NCBI GenBank assembly: GCA_963674945.2
Contig: CAXXWQ010000004.1
Location: forward strand, 1,536,001 to 1,600,000
Source of the DNA: an uncultured Desulfosarcina sp.
GTDB lineage: Bacteria > Desulfobacterota > Desulfobacteria > Desulfobacterales > Desulfosarcinaceae
Direction: 5' to 3'
DNA length: 64,000 nucleotides
Shown in pieces: positions 20,306 through 28,941 of this stretch (position 1 is the first letter of the stretch; every line of letters begins with the position of its first letter). The notes under the pieces were generated by a model. That model worked only from the letters and a program-made list of their open reading frames with translations. It was not told the DNA's origin and ran no database searches. Made by a program: the position numbers and the translations under genes.

Positions 20306-20632
20306 CTACTTCACGTTAAGGGTCTTCGGGTCCAGCCCCAACAATAGGCTGGACGTTGCGTAGCTAATCGCCAGATCGCCCGGTGCAAACTGGGGTAACT
20401 GTGCCGCCAGTGCTGACGGCAGTGGATCGATATGGTCATAGGGAAATACGTTAAACCGACCGACGGAATAGCCATAGATGACCGTCACCACAAACAACAG
20501 GTACAAGGCGGCGATTTTTTTGACAGTATCCACGACGATGGGTTTCCTAACGATTGCCCATTCAGAAATGGCAAATTTTCCCGATATCTTTGTTGCGCGA
20601 AAAATTTGGTTTGAACCAACGGCCAACCTCAC
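20306..20632 (-). pseudogene. Probable gene remnant, arylsulfotransferase-family-like fragments
   Basis: TM segment YGYSVGRFNVFPY joined directly to DPLP..LA....FAPGDLAIS......LDPKTLNVK, which I recall as distant parts of ASST-family proteins. Confidence 0.35.
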
Positions 20633-20633
20633 A

Positions 20634-21725
20634 TCATGACACTACTCTGCTGACGGACTGCCGAATCTTTCTTAGTGCTGGACGTTCAAAATAGTAGTGG
20701 GACAGCAAAGACAGAATCAGTAGACTCGCAAATAAGATGGCAAAAGCCTGATTGGCATCCAAATAGGAAGTGATCTGCAGTCCGGAGTATAGAACAAAGA
20801 TGACCGGGAACTGATAGATGTAGAAACCATAGCTGGCATTTCCCAGTGCTAAAAACGGGCCGCGACCCATGGCGCTGACAAGAAAATTATTAGAGTTTGC
20901 CACAATAAGAATAAATGCCAGAAAGAGCGGAGCATATATACTGCTTTCTACGGGAAGGACGAGAGGTAATTTACCGAGTATCCACGATTCATTGTTCAGC
21001 ACAAAAACGATTACCGCGCCCACGATCAACATGGGGATAAGGCCGTTGCGATTTTGATCTTTGAAAGCCTGTTCCCGTAAAAACCAGATCGCACCCGCTA
21101 TGCCCAGAACAAAACTGCACAGATGCGACAGTGGGTTAAAGCGGATGAACTCATTCACGGCGGATCCCGGGCCGCCAAAGGATTCCATGTTCATTAGGCC
21201 AATCAGGCCTGCTTGGGAAATCAGGTAAAGCGCCATTGCGGCCATTAACACGCTGGCCGTTGATAGATGGCGCTGCCGCATTAACGGAAAGATAAACGGA
21301 AATATCAGGTAAAAAACCATTTGCACTGAAATCGCCCAGGCCGCCATGTTGAGCGTGACCGCGTAGTGTGGGACCCATGCCTGTAAAAAGAGCAGGTGCA
21401 GTACCACCGCCACGTCGACGTTGAAGCCTGTGTACTCGCCGTAGGTGAATGGAATAATTATGAGAAAGGCAGCAATGTAGGCAGGAGCAATACGCGCCAC
21501 CCTGGCGACATAGAAATTGTAACACCGATCCATGTCTCTGTCTATATAGGTGATTGCGAGAACAAACCCCGATAGAACAAAGAAAAAGGTGACCATGGCT
21601 GGTCCCTTGTTCAGTATCTCAAGATAGGGTTGCTTCAGTACAGTGCCTCCAGCCCAGTGATAGGTGAGCACCACGAAGGCAGCGCAGAAGCGCAGGAAAG
21701 TGAGAGATTCGATACGCATGGTCAA
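20634..21725 (-). CDS. Acyltransferase family 3 (OafA-like O-acyltransferase)
   Basis: RIESLTFLRF, FFVLSGF, RVARI.P, SYGFYIYQ and HYYFERP motifs; polytopic membrane protein. Confidence 0.9.
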   Translation of the reverse strand: MTMRIESLTFLRFCAAFVVLTYHWAGGTVLKQPYLEILNKGPAMVTFFFVLSGFVLAITYIDRDMDRCYNFYVARVARIAPAYIAAFLIIIPFTYGEYTGFNVDVAVVLHLLFLQAWVPHYAVTLNMAAWAISVQMVFYLIFPFIFPLMRQRHLSTASVLMAAMALYLISQAGLIGLMNMESFGGPGSAVNEFIRFNPLSHLCSFVLGIAGAIWFLREQAFKDQNRNGLIPMLIVGAVIVFVLNNESWILGKLPLVLPVESSIYAPLFLAFILIVANSNNFLVSAMGRGPFLALGNASYGFYIYQFPVIFVLYSGLQITSYLDANQAFAILFASLLILSLLSHYYFERPALRKIRQSVSRVVS

Positions 21726-22590
21726 CTATCTTCAGGGTTCTGCCCGGTTTTCCGGTAAGAGTGTCTTGTCGTATGATTGTACAAAGGTCATTGAACGATA
21801 AGAACCTGCTTTTTAAGGAAAAGTATATGGCAAAATCACAATAGGTTGTCAATGCAAGAGTTCTCACTCGAATTGAATTATTCAGGGCATACCACACGAC
21901 ATGACCAAATTGTGCTAACTGATAGTATGATTATAACTCCTCAATGGTGATCTGGCAGTTGCAGCTTCAATGTTTCCGTAGATGGTAAAAATTGCACCGG
22001 AAGAAAAAACGTTGTTGATAATAGATCAAAATTTCTTTCTTCCAACATTGGTTATTATATGACATTTGAATGGTGAGGTTCATGGCGGCAAACAACCGCC
22101 GATTGTTATCATCACCGTGCATCAAGCAGCGGTCTGACGCAAAAATGTCTTTCACCAGACCTTGCACCGGCTCAACAATTGACATAATTTACATAGACAA
22201 GGTATTCTTAATGAATCTGCAGTTTAAAAGCTGTTGGGAATGTAAAAAAATTGGATGCATGCGATCGATTCTGGATTTTACAGCCTCGATGTGGAGAGAT
22301 ACCTAAAGGCAATGTAAAAATAATAGCTAAGCATGGCATTAAAAACTGGGCCGATCGAAGGGGAAATTTTTTACATCTGGCAAAAATAACCACCGAGGTC
22401 AAAGAGAATATAACAAGAGACTTTATTTCGGACTCGGTCCAAAAAGCGACCCTCGTCGGTAAACCACGGCGTTGGCGTCTTGAGAGTTATGAGCGTTAAC
22501 ATTTACACACTCGCAAGAGAGCTTGGCATACCGCAACGTGAAACAATATTTCATTTCAGATTGAACAATCTTTCCCAGAGGGTCATAGCA

Positions 22591-23121
22591 ATGTCAGATA
22601 ATAGAAATACAGATAAGACACAAGGAGTAAGCTTTTCCGATAAAAAAACACCCACCGATGATAAATTGATCACCGTAATTACCATCAGTGGAGAGTACAA
22701 GGGTATGATCAATCTGAATTCTGCACCCGTGAAGGTGAATCGTGTAAGCGATTTTTTAGCGAAGACTGACCTTTCTTTTTTGCCATTATACAATACAACC
22801 GTTATGGGTGTGACTGGAGAAACGATCTTCTTAAATTTTGCTGATATTGCGGCTGTGGTCCAGCCGGATGATATTGACTCAAAACGTTCCGAATTAAGAC
22901 GTGATGCAAAGGTCATTATAAGATTGAAAAATAATTTAGGACAAATTAACGGAAAAGTGAATATTCATGGAGAAAGCAAACCAGTGGATAGAGTTAGCGA
23001 TTTGCTCAATTATCCGGAGAAGAAATGGTTGGTAGTATATGAAGCGAGTTTCAAAGGTAAGACGATGCTTTCCACTATTATAAATATGGATTTTATCTCT
23101 ATGGTTAAGGTTGCAAACTAA
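22591..23121 (+). CDS. Hypothetical protein with two tandem ~70-aa domains (DUF6812-like)
   Basis: Internal repeat G.IN....RVSD.L......L..Y.....I.N...I..V occurs twice. Confidence 0.7.
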   Translation: MSDNRNTDKTQGVSFSDKKTPTDDKLITVITISGEYKGMINLNSAPVKVNRVSDFLAKTDLSFLPLYNTTVMGVTGETIFLNFADIAAVVQPDDIDSKRSELRRDAKVIIRLKNNLGQINGKVNIHGESKPVDRVSDLLNYPEKKWLVVYEASFKGKTMLSTIINMDFISMVKVAN

Positions 23122-23502
23122 ACCCGGAATCTGGTGGTTTTTTTAACAAGTCTTCCCAATTGATCAAGATATTACCTTTACATCCGAAACAGGTACTCAT
23201 AATTTCAGGCCGAACAACGAAGGGAACCGGGATTCATCGGCAATCCAATGCCATCGTAGTTATGAACAGGGGCACCTGGTTACTTGAGCCGAGCGATTGT
23301 CGAGTCCGGCTTCTGAGCGGAAAAAGTGAAAATGTTCATTAGCGGCAGCAACTTTGACAACCATTTCTTCGTGTTTAAATTATGATTTGAATTCAAATTG
23401 TTACCACCGAATTGGAAAGAGTCGTGGATCCTTTTGCAGAGCCGGCGCCATGTCTCCTGTCGATCCGTCCCGATTCGCAATTCGTATTTTGGGAGGCCTT
23501 CA

Positions 23503-24471
23503 ATGAAAAAGAGCAGCCATGATCCCAACAGCGCTTGCCGAACCGACATCCAACGCCAGGAAATGGCCCGGTCCAAGTTGACCGGAATTGCCGAGCGGAT
23601 CATCGACCACTGCGTGAACAGCCCCTGCTACACCCACATCGACAGCGATCCCATCCCGGGAGAAGCATCTGTCAGTGATATCATCGACATGTTTCGGGAG
23701 CTTCTCTTTCCCGGATACTTCACACGGGAGAAGCTGGACATGGTGAACATGCGCTACGGATTGGGACAGATCGTATCCAGGCTCTACGACCATCTTGCCG
23801 ATCTGATCACACACAACATCCGCCACGACTGCCAGCGCTACGGTCAGCCATGCAGTGATTGCGAATCCAGGGGGCACCGGATTGCCCTTGCCATGATGGG
23901 CGCCATCCCCGAAATTCGGCAGACCCTGACCTCGGATGTCCGGGCCGCATTCGAAGGAGACCCGGCCGCCAAGAGTCATGACGAAATCATATTCAGTTAT
24001 CCTGGCCTTTACGCCATCAGCGTGTACCGGGTAGCCCACAAATTATTCGAACTGGGTGTTCCCATGCTGCCCCGGATCATGACCGAACACGCTCACGGCG
24101 TCACCGGCATCGACATCCATCCCGGTGCCACCATCGGCGGCCGTTTCGTCATTGATCACGGCACCGGGGTCGTCATCGGCGAAACCACGGAAATCGGCAA
24201 CAACGTTCGCATCTATCAGGGGGTAACCTTGGGGGCGCTCAGCCTTCCCAAAAATGCGGGAGAGAAGCTGCGCGGGAAAAAGCGCCATCCGACCATCGAG
24301 GACGATGCCATCATCTATTCCGGGGCCACGATCCTGGGCGGAGATACGGTGATCGGCGCACGTTCGGTCATCGGCGGAAACGTCTGGCTGACCGAATCCA
24401 TCCCGCCCGACACCACCGTGATGATGGAGACCCCCAAACTGATCATCCGGGAGGCCCGGAAAGCGGTCTGA
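23503..24471 (+). CDS. cysE: Serine O-acetyltransferase (EpsC-type)
   Basis: [39 protein letters not shown] before ATG 23503. Confidence 0.95.
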   Translation: MKKSSHDPNSACRTDIQRQEMARSKLTGIAERIIDHCVNSPCYTHIDSDPIPGEASVSDIIDMFRELLFPGYFTREKLDMVNMRYGLGQIVSRLYDHLADLITHNIRHDCQRYGQPCSDCESRGHRIALAMMGAIPEIRQTLTSDVRAAFEGDPAAKSHDEIIFSYPGLYAISVYRVAHKLFELGVPMLPRIMTEHAHGVTGIDIHPGATIGGRFVIDHGTGVVIGETTEIGNNVRIYQGVTLGALSLPKNAGEKLRGKKRHPTIEDDAIIYSGATILGGDTVIGARSVIGGNVWLTESIPPDTTVMMETPKLIIREARKAV

Positions 24472-24545
24472 AGCGCTGAGAAGAACAAACAAAGTCGGAT
24501 TTCGGACTTCTTACGGAGCCGTAAAGCTTAGGAGGCGATTATATC

Positions 24546-25469
24546 ATGACCCTACACTACGCCATCGATACCACCATCGGCCGCACCCCACTGGTCCGGC
24601 TGCAGCACACCGGTGATGATCTATATGCCGAAATTTTAGCCAAGCTGGAATTTTTCAACCCCCTTGGAAGCGTAAAGGACCGGATCGCCGCATCCATGAT
24701 CGACGACGCCGAGAAACGGGGGTTGATCGGTTCCGACACCTTGATCGTAGAACCCACCAGTGGGAATACCGGCATCGGGCTGGCCTTCGTCTGTGCGGCC
24801 AAGGGATACCGCCTCTGCCTGACCATGCCCGACACCATGAGCGTCGAGCGCCAAAAGCTGCTTCGCCATCTGGGAGCCCAACTGGTCCTCACCCCGGGGG
24901 CCAAAGGCATGGCCGGTGCCATCGAAAAAGCCGAGGCCATCCTGTCCGAAAATGAGGGGGCCTTCATGCCCAACCAGTTCGAAAACCCGGCCAACCCGCG
25001 CATCCACCGGGAGACCACGGCACAGGAGATCTGGACGGATACGGGTGGCGACGTGGATATCCTGGTCGCCGGCGTGGGAACCGGCGGCACCGTCACCGGC
25101 ATCGGCGGCATGTTCAAGGAGAAGAAACCCGAATTCCGGGTAATCGCCGTGGAACCCGCCGATTCCCCCATCCTGTCCGGCGGGGAAAAGGGTCCTCACA
25201 AAATCCAGGGCATCGGTGCCGGTTTTATCCCCAAGGTACTGGACCGTTCTCTCATCGACGAGGTGGTCACCGTCACCAACGACGACGCCTTCGAGACGGC
25301 CCGACGCCTGGCGTTGCGGGAGGGAATATTATGCGGCATCTCCTCGGGCGCGTCAGTATGGGCCTCCCTTCAGGTAGCAGCCCGCCCGGAGAACACCGGC
25401 AAACGCATCGTCACCGTTTTGCCCAGTACGGGCGAACGGTATATCAGCACCGATTTATTTCTATCCTGA
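24546..25469 (+). CDS. cysK: Cysteine synthase A
   Basis: NPLGSVKDR (PLP lysine), TSGNTG, GVGTGGT, HKIQGIG, GERY.ST. Confidence 0.97.
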   Translation: MTLHYAIDTTIGRTPLVRLQHTGDDLYAEILAKLEFFNPLGSVKDRIAASMIDDAEKRGLIGSDTLIVEPTSGNTGIGLAFVCAAKGYRLCLTMPDTMSVERQKLLRHLGAQLVLTPGAKGMAGAIEKAEAILSENEGAFMPNQFENPANPRIHRETTAQEIWTDTGGDVDILVAGVGTGGTVTGIGGMFKEKKPEFRVIAVEPADSPILSGGEKGPHKIQGIGAGFIPKVLDRSLIDEVVTVTNDDAFETARRLALREGILCGISSGASVWASLQVAARPENTGKRIVTVLPSTGERYISTDLFLS

Positions 25470-25547
25470 ATTGGACGATTCGCCGATAGCTGGCAGCAGC
25501 ATAATTTCAAATGATCATCCGTTCTATTGTAAAGGATTGCGTGGATC

Positions 25548-26492
25548 TTGCGGATTGAAATCTTGGGAACCGAATCCTTGGGAGTCCGGGGATTGTGCTG
25601 CGCCGTACACACACGGCATCGGGATATCGTGATCGATCCCGGCCTGGCCCTGGGGTATCTACGGCACGGGCTTCTGCCCCACCCTCGCCAGGTGGCGACC
25701 GGAGAGACCACGGCACGCCGCATTGTGCAGCAGCTGGCAGGAGCCACGGATGTGGTGTTTTCCCATTATCACGGCGATCATATCCCCCTGGCCAATGCCA
25801 ATCCATTCCAGTTGCCGTTAAATGAAATAGCGCACCTGCTGAAGCGGCCGCGATTATGGGGGAAGACTCCGTCCGATGAACCTGCCAGGTTTGCAGATCG
25901 CTGCCACCATCTGGAGACAGCGGCAGGCCGGCCGATCTGTTACTGCGACGGCCGTTCAGGGGATCTTCTCACGTTTTCCGAAGCCATGCCTCACGGTCAT
26001 CGAGATGCAGGCCTGGGAAGGGTCATGATGAGCCGGATAGAAGATGATGATGAGGTGTTTGTACATGCCTCAGATATTCAGATCCTGGACGATGAACCGG
26101 TCTCCGTGATTCTCGGCTGGTCCCCCGACATACTTCTGGTCAGCGGGCCGCCGCTATATCGCCGTCTTTCCTCCGATCTATTGGCGTCTGCCCGTAAACG
26201 GGTGCTCAGGCTGTCCCGGGAGATCCCCTGCTGCATCATCGATCATCATTTGCTGCGCTCTCGTCTCGGTTTTCAGTGGCTGGATGAATTACAGGCGGCA
26301 ACAGGCAACGTCCTTCAATGCGCGGCCGATTATATGCAGGTGGACCGTCGTCCGCTGGAAGCGGACCGTACCATGTTGTATGACATGGACCCGGTGCCTC
26401 CAAGTTGGCATCAATCCTATCAACGGCCGGCCCTGGCTATGTCCGAAGCAGGTATAAACGGCGGCGCACAGAAAAAGGGCGGCCGGACATGA
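25548..26492 (+). CDS. Metallo-beta-lactamase-fold hydrolase (UPF0282-like)
   Basis: ESLGVR, IDPG.ALG, SHYHGDH, HASD and DHHLLR motifs. Confidence 0.82.
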   Translation: MRIEILGTESLGVRGLCCAVHTRHRDIVIDPGLALGYLRHGLLPHPRQVATGETTARRIVQQLAGATDVVFSHYHGDHIPLANANPFQLPLNEIAHLLKRPRLWGKTPSDEPARFADRCHHLETAAGRPICYCDGRSGDLLTFSEAMPHGHRDAGLGRVMMSRIEDDDEVFVHASDIQILDDEPVSVILGWSPDILLVSGPPLYRRLSSDLLASARKRVLRLSREIPCCIIDHHLLRSRLGFQWLDELQAATGNVLQCAADYMQVDRRPLEADRTMLYDMDPVPPSWHQSYQRPALAMSEAGINGGAQKKGGRT

Positions 26493-26513
26493 AGGGAAAG
26501 CCGATATAAAAGA

Positions 26514-28433
26514 ATGGTTTCCGGTCATCATCATACAAAGGGGATTTTTAACCGGATCGCCCTCATATCCGCTCCCTGGCCCCTGTTCAGCCGGCCGTCG
26601 ATTCAACTGGGTGCGCTGAAGGCATATCTGAAAAGTGTTTCTCCGGATATAACGGTGTCCTGCCACCATTTTTACCTCTCGTTGGCGAAAGCCATCGGAT
26701 ATCCGGTTTATCAGGCCCTGTCCCGAAAAACATGGGTGGCGGAAAGCGTTTACGCGGCCCTGCTCTATCCGGAACGACAGGACCGGATCAGCCGGTTTTT
26801 CGCCGTGCAGGCAAAAAAGACCAGGGAACTGGCGGGGCTGGACTTTCCGGCCCTGACCCGCCGCGTCAAAATCGTGTCCGATGCGTTTGTCCAAAAAACG
26901 GACTGGGGGCGAATGGATCTGGCCGGATTTTCCGTGTGTCTGTGCCAGCTGACAGCTTCACTTTACTTTGTCCGGCAAATCAAACGCCTGGCCCCAAACC
27001 TGCCGTTGATCGTGGGTGGTTCCATCACAGGAGGATGTATTACCGAGGATTTATGGACCGCTTTTCCGGAAATTGACCTGATCGTCATCGGAGAAGGGGA
27101 ACAGCCCCTGGCTCGGCTGGTGGAACATTTTCAGGCCGGGGGTCGGTGTGACGACCTGGGGCCCACTCCGGGGATTATTCGCCGAAAAGACGGCCGATCC
27201 CATAATTCAATTTCTTTTTGTCAACTGCCGGATCTGCAAGCCCTGCCCATTCCGGAATTTACCGAGTATTTTGAATTACTGTCCACATTTCCAGAACATA
27301 AACGTTTCTTCCCCACCCTGCCCGTGGAAATCTCCCGTGGCTGCTGGTGGCGCGCTTTCAATCCGGACATACCCAATCATGAACAGACAAAGGGTTGCGC
27401 CTTCTGCAATCTAAACCTTCAGTGGCAGGGTTACCGAACCAAGGCTGTTGACCAGGTCGTCAATGAGATCGATCGACTGACGGATCAACATCGGGTGCTA
27501 TCCGTGGCCTTCATGGACAACGTGCTTCCGCCGAAAAAAAGCCGTACAATATTTGACTCCCTGACCCATAAAAGCAAGGCGTTTCAATTTCTTGCCGAAC
27601 TACGGGCCACGACCACCCGCCGGACACTTAAACACCTTTGTGACGCCGGCATGGCCGAAGTTCAGATCGGCATTGAATCCTTGAGTTCACGGCTTCTGCA
27701 AAAGCTGCACAAAGGGACCACCGTCATTGATAACATCGAAATCATGAAACACTGCGAAGCCCTGGGTATAAAAAACAGAGCCAACCTGATCCTCCATTTT
27801 CCGGGCAGCGATGAAACCGATGTTGCCGAGACCCTGCACGCGATTCGCTTCACCCGCCTTTTTCGTCCCCTGCGGATCGTACATTTCTGGCTGGGCATGC
27901 ACAGCCCGGTCTGGGAAAATCCCCGAAGATACGGTCTCACGGCCGTGTTTAATCACCCCTATTATAGAGAGTTGTTTCCTGAAGCGGTGTGCCGTGGGAT
28001 GCGGTTCATGATTCAGGATTATCGCGGGGATAAGATGCGCCAACGCCGTCTCTGGCGGCCGGTGAACCGGTCTGTCGAAAAATGGCGGCAGGATTACCGG
28101 CGGCTTCATTCCGATCCCTATGCCGGACCGATTCTGACCCTGCATGACGGCCGATCCTTTTTGATCCTGCGGGAACGCCGACTCGATGGAGATCACCGAA
28201 ACCACCGGCTGATCGGGACCTCCAGGGAAATATATCTATTTTGTGAACACAGACGGCGCTTTGAAGAGATAAAAGAGCGATTTTCAACACTGCCGTCGGA
28301 CAAGATACGGTCGTTTTTAACCATGATGATCGACAAGGGGTTGATGTTTGCGGATAACGAGCAGTATTTGAGCCTGGCGGTCTCAATACACTCGAAGGAA
28401 CATCAAAATTTCGAAAACCGTGGTGGTCCATGA
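26514..28433 (+). CDS. Cobalamin-binding radical SAM protein, RiPP-maturation C-methyltransferase-like
   Basis: N-terminal PW....RPSIQLG.LKA, B12-binding GEGE, SRGCWW...CAFC, QIGIESLS, L.LM.KG-like segment. Confidence 0.85.
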   Translation: MVSGHHHTKGIFNRIALISAPWPLFSRPSIQLGALKAYLKSVSPDITVSCHHFYLSLAKAIGYPVYQALSRKTWVAESVYAALLYPERQDRISRFFAVQAKKTRELAGLDFPALTRRVKIVSDAFVQKTDWGRMDLAGFSVCLCQLTASLYFVRQIKRLAPNLPLIVGGSITGGCITEDLWTAFPEIDLIVIGEGEQPLARLVEHFQAGGRCDDLGPTPGIIRRKDGRSHNSISFCQLPDLQALPIPEFTEYFELLSTFPEHKRFFPTLPVEISRGCWWRAFNPDIPNHEQTKGCAFCNLNLQWQGYRTKAVDQVVNEIDRLTDQHRVLSVAFMDNVLPPKKSRTIFDSLTHKSKAFQFLAELRATTTRRTLKHLCDAGMAEVQIGIESLSSRLLQKLHKGTTVIDNIEIMKHCEALGIKNRANLILHFPGSDETDVAETLHAIRFTRLFRPLRIVHFWLGMHSPVWENPRRYGLTAVFNHPYYRELFPEAVCRGMRFMIQDYRGDKMRQRRLWRPVNRSVEKWRQDYRRLHSDPYAGPILTLHDGRSFLILRERRLDGDHRNHRLIGTSREIYLFCEHRRRFEEIKERFSTLPSDKIRSFLTMMIDKGLMFADNEQYLSLAVSIHSKEHQNFENRGGP

Positions 28434-28885
28434 CTTGTATCATATACAAACTTGTAAATATCATCGTTAACGGCGATCCATAAGCTGCTGCCACCGGCGT
28501 AGGCAATTCCAACACCAAGGCTTTCAACGGTAAATGGATAGGAATATGCCTTGATTGAATTGTTGGACACGTCAATTTTATAAATTGCGTCTCTTGTGGC
28601 ACGCCACAAATACGTTCCGTCAAAAGCCAGATCTCCAATAATATCTCCAGAATCGAAAGTATCGACAACATTTCCGGACATGTTCAGTTTGACCAGTTGG
28701 GAAGTATTGCTAACCCACAAATGGTCATTATCAAATGCTATGCTGCCGGTAGCAGGTATTTCCGGTGAAATCGAATCGACAAAATTCATGGAAGTGTCAA
28801 AATGAACAGTATCCAGCTTCCTAACGTCTTGATCTTTGTGAACAAAGACAAAATGCCCCCAATATATCGAGAAATAGTTTTCTCA
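28403..28885 (-). pseudogene. Truncated beta-propeller-like repeat protein remnant
   Basis: Three blade-like repeats (GSIAFDNDHLWVS, GDLAFDGTYLWRA, GIAYAGGSSLWIA); frame open to 28882 without a good start; AT-rich and adjacent to an IS. Confidence 0.5.
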
Positions 28886-28941
28886 TAGTGAATGATATGA
28901 ATTAGTTGGTATTTTTTTTCTTTTGACCTGAACAATAATAT

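Noticed and set aside
22330..22560. Riboswitch (for example c-di-GMP-I) before the tandem-domain gene
   Set aside because: The conserved GGCAAAC...GAAA...GACGCAAA pattern could not be matched.
24490..24530. Half of a REP/MITE-like repeat between cysE and cysK (CGGACTTCTTACG)
   Set aside because: It resembles a repeat end I recall from related genomes, but there is no partner arm or second copy in this window.
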